Source: Octopus sinensis (taxonomy: Eukaryota). Taken from it: 64,000 nucleotides of DNA. The notes below the pieces were generated by a model. It searched no databases and was not told the origin of the DNA. It saw only the letters and a list, made by a program, of their open reading frames with translations. Shown here one piece after another: positions 60,866-64,000 of this stretch; the stretch's first letter is position 1; each line of letters starts with the position of its first letter. Both the position numbers and the translations under genes were made by a program. The stretch is taken from positions 70,866,001 through 70,930,000 of the forward strand of contig NC_042998.1 in the NCBI RefSeq assembly GCF_006345805.1, given 5' to 3'.

Positions 60866-61071
60866 ATATTAATTATATTTTTTAATAATTGTTATATATC
60901 TAAATAATATAAATTAATTTATGTATTGGCTTAAGTCTTTCATTGTTTGATTTGCATAAAAGTGGTTTTGTCTCTAATTTAATATAATATAGTATTTTAC
61001 TATAAAATTGGATTCAATCCTAAATCTGGTTTTTCCCTGTAAGTTTGGATTTATTCCCTAATATTTATTGT

Positions 61072-61147
<76 letters not shown>

Positions 61148-61749
61148 TGTCTTAATGAAACTTGTCTTTTTTCCATCTGAGACCAATAAAATAAAGTACC
61201 AGTTAAATATTGGCATAACCCGAATCAAGTACATGTATCCACAAAATGGCTAGTCTTGTCTCTCCATTGAAAATCCTTGTTCCATTTTGAATAGCAACTT
61301 AGTTCGGTATAGAATAGAGCAATCGTTTTGGTGTTTGTAACACGCAATGTTTGATGGAGACACTGAACTATTACTTTTTAATTTTTAATTAACTAACTGT
61401 AACCATTGGACAGCTACATTTGCAAGGCTATTAGTTTGACCTATAATACTAATCAGTGACGATTTTAGGATATTATGATGTTTTGACCTGTCTTATCGTT
61501 TACTATTGTAGCCCAGATGAATGCATAATTGGCTTGTTGAGTTTAATCAACAGAGGGGATTATTAAAACAACATTCAATGTGCGTTTGGTAAAATATAAA
61601 TCTACAGAGGATGATCTCATTAAAAAAATATAATCAACTTTTATTGGAATGCTTTACAACAAAATTGATAATTTGGTGCCAAAACTGCTAGTTGTTTCCT
61701 CCGTATAAATCGATATTACTCCTTGATTTTGTGAACATATCGAGATTCT

Positions 61750-62250
61750 TCAGATATTACAGCTGACTATAGTATAGCAAGTTCCTGAAACAAACCCTGT
61801 TCTGAACAATATTCTCTGAAACGTGGAATTGTTTATCTGATGCTAAGGAATCTATGGTGATGCCGACTTGACTGATAAATGCAGTTATTTAAATGGTTTA
61901 AATGATTGCATCCAACAATGAATCTCAACAGGATTTCTGGTGTCTTCATACAGGTTTTCTCACTCATCTCTGCATTATCTTACACTCAAGGTATATTCCG
62001 TTACGTTCGACCTATATTACCTATGATTGCTGTGAATGAAAATGGCTCCAAGTTTTTATATGCTGCTACTGTTACAAAAAAAAAGAAGTATTTTCTTAGT
62101 TCTTCTGTAATTTCTTCCCATCAAGTGAACGCAATTTGTATAGTACAGACTTTTATATGCGAAGCAGCATTTTGCATCGCAATTTATTGGCCAGTTCGAA
62201 CGATTTTTCGCTACATAGAAATATCGTTTGAATAAGAGGGAAGCAGTTAC
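61750..62250 (-). pseudogene. Possible hAT transposase fossil
   Basis: Manual translation DNAEMSEK...FIVGCNHLNHLN loosely resembles the hAT YDNAxxMSG...C..HxLNL motif. Heavily decayed. Confidence 0.3.
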
Positions 62251-64000
62251 ATCGAAAACAAATTAGACTTTTTTCTATAAAACTATCGATTATGAGACGT
62301 TAATGCATTTCTGAAAAAAATAAAAGTTTCAGATGTAAAGAGAACGTAAATATTTCAACGGAGGGAAAGTATAAGCAAATACCTACATACTTGGCATTAC
62401 TTCTCTACCCTGAACTATTCATCAATTCATTGCTATGTCAACAACATAACGGTTTTCTTTTTGCTTTTGTTGCTGAAGTGACCTTAATAATTATTGATTA
62501 CTAAGTCTGAAAACGAATGATAATTTTGAAACCCGTTAAACTTTTACCTCGCAACCTGTAGCGACAGAAGTTCAATACGGAAAACTCATTAGTCCCATTA
62601 ATTATTCATTTTTGCCTAATCACTTCATAACAACCACGGATTTATATGCAGGCGCTATACATGCTAGTAATGGCAGTTGCATCTCCTTGAAATCACTTTT
62701 ACTGCCTTAAAAATAGTAATGGCACACAATATAATTTAAACTAGACGGATAATTTATACTAGTCTTATATATGAATACATGATGATCATGTCGAAAATGC
62801 ATTTTGATTATAGTTCTGCTTCCACAAAGCTGATCTGAAGATAAACATCAACTTTATTTATTGATCGTATGTTGATCTCTTTCAAGAGGTTTATACCTTT
62901 TTTTGAGACCATTAATGCTAAGTGAAACGAGATAACTAAACATAAATATTGTGGCACGCTTCTGGGTGGGCCAGCAATTGATTTTTTCTATGATGTCTGC
63001 TTTAAGTAGAGTAGGATACGATTCCTCATATTAATTCCAAGAAACGAACTGACAAAGACTAGAGTCTAGAGAATCGTCTACAGTTCATGATTACAAATAC
63101 TATCAGCACTAGAAAAGTGAAACAAAGTTGATTCAAATGCAATTTGAAACCGTAGTGTAAATAACGATCACAAGCCAATATCCACCTGGAGGAAAGTTAA
63201 ATTCTTCTAATTGTCAACTGCAAAAGCAATTAACAATCAATGAATAGCTCATATCATCCGCGTCATCAGCAACGTTTTTTTTTACTTATGAGGCGGCAGG
63301 CAAATACAGACATTAACCTATTTTATACAACCTCTGTCCATTAAGGACCTATATTTAATGTATTTCACATTGGCTTACTTTTAAATTTCTAAATGGATTA
63401 ATGTTTTATCGTTAGAGACTTATATTGTGTAGACACAATAACTTACGCTTTTGAAAAATTATGATTAAAATTCAGGAGAAATTCTGCAAATAAATACATC
63501 ATTTAATATAGTGAACGTTTTATGTTTTTACATCAAATTCTATGAAAAATTTCTCATATGTTTTCAAACTTTTTTCTTGTTATATATAATTTAATACCTA
63601 TATTGTTTATTTTACGTACTTAGAATTTACTATGCCATCAGCAGCGAGCTGATATAAAGTTATTTTTTTTAAATGAAATTATCCGTGAAATGCTGTGATA
63701 AGTTTTGTTGTTATAGATTTTTCAATTGTATTTATTTGAAAACATGGTGTCCTGGCTAACACACACTCTTACAGATAGAAATTACACGTATATATATATA
63801 TATATATAATATAATTGGAGTAAAAACCTCGTAACGGTAATTTAAGAGCTCTTTTGTCGCTGTTTGGCTGTCGCATGTTATCCGACAGTAGGATATATTC
63901 CGGGGCTAAATGCACATGTGGAACTCCTCCTTGCATTAGATCAATACAAGGATAATATAACACAAGGATGGAGGATAACAGGCTTTAATAGTAGATCACA

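Larger units (their letters stand above)
59096..60985 (-). mobile_element. Penelope-like element relic with GIY-YIG fragment and inverted terminal repeats (59096-59336, 60745-60985)
   Basis: ~241-bp arms are near-perfect reverse complements and each carries a hammerhead. The internal ORF 59643-59858 contains IKCPNCKESYIGQT. Confidence 0.85.

Overview
AT-rich, gene-poor animal genomic DNA made up mostly of microsatellites and transposable-element relics. The tRNA-derived SINEs resemble those I recognise from octopus assemblies, so a cephalopod origin is inferred, not proven. No host protein-coding gene can be supported: most ORFs in the track are translations of simple repeats or broken TE reading frames. 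Recognisable content: (1) a head-to-tail stack of Tx1/L1-clade LINE pieces at 1-5024, each ending in a (TATC)n array; (2) several R4/Dong-like non-LTR elements in (TAA)n arrays, one with a near full-length but disrupted ORF at 47.6-51.3 kb; (3) an ORF-less ~555-bp element found three times between (AAT)n arrays; (4) an RTE LINE, a mini-Helitron, and Tc1/mariner and possible hAT fossils; (5) many SINEs, including a trimer bounded by a single 17-bp target-site duplication; (6) seven minimal type-I hammerhead ribozyme motifs in three sequence families, read by eye. The hammerheads sit in Penelope-like terminal repeats arranged as a 466-bp 1.2-mer, a ~546-bp palindrome, and 241-bp inverted repeats around a GIY-YIG fragment. 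The leading candidates for novelty are the (TATC)n-associated Tx1 family and the hammerhead-bearing, retrozyme-like repeats. All alignments and folds were done manually, and element boundaries are approximate unless a junction is quoted.
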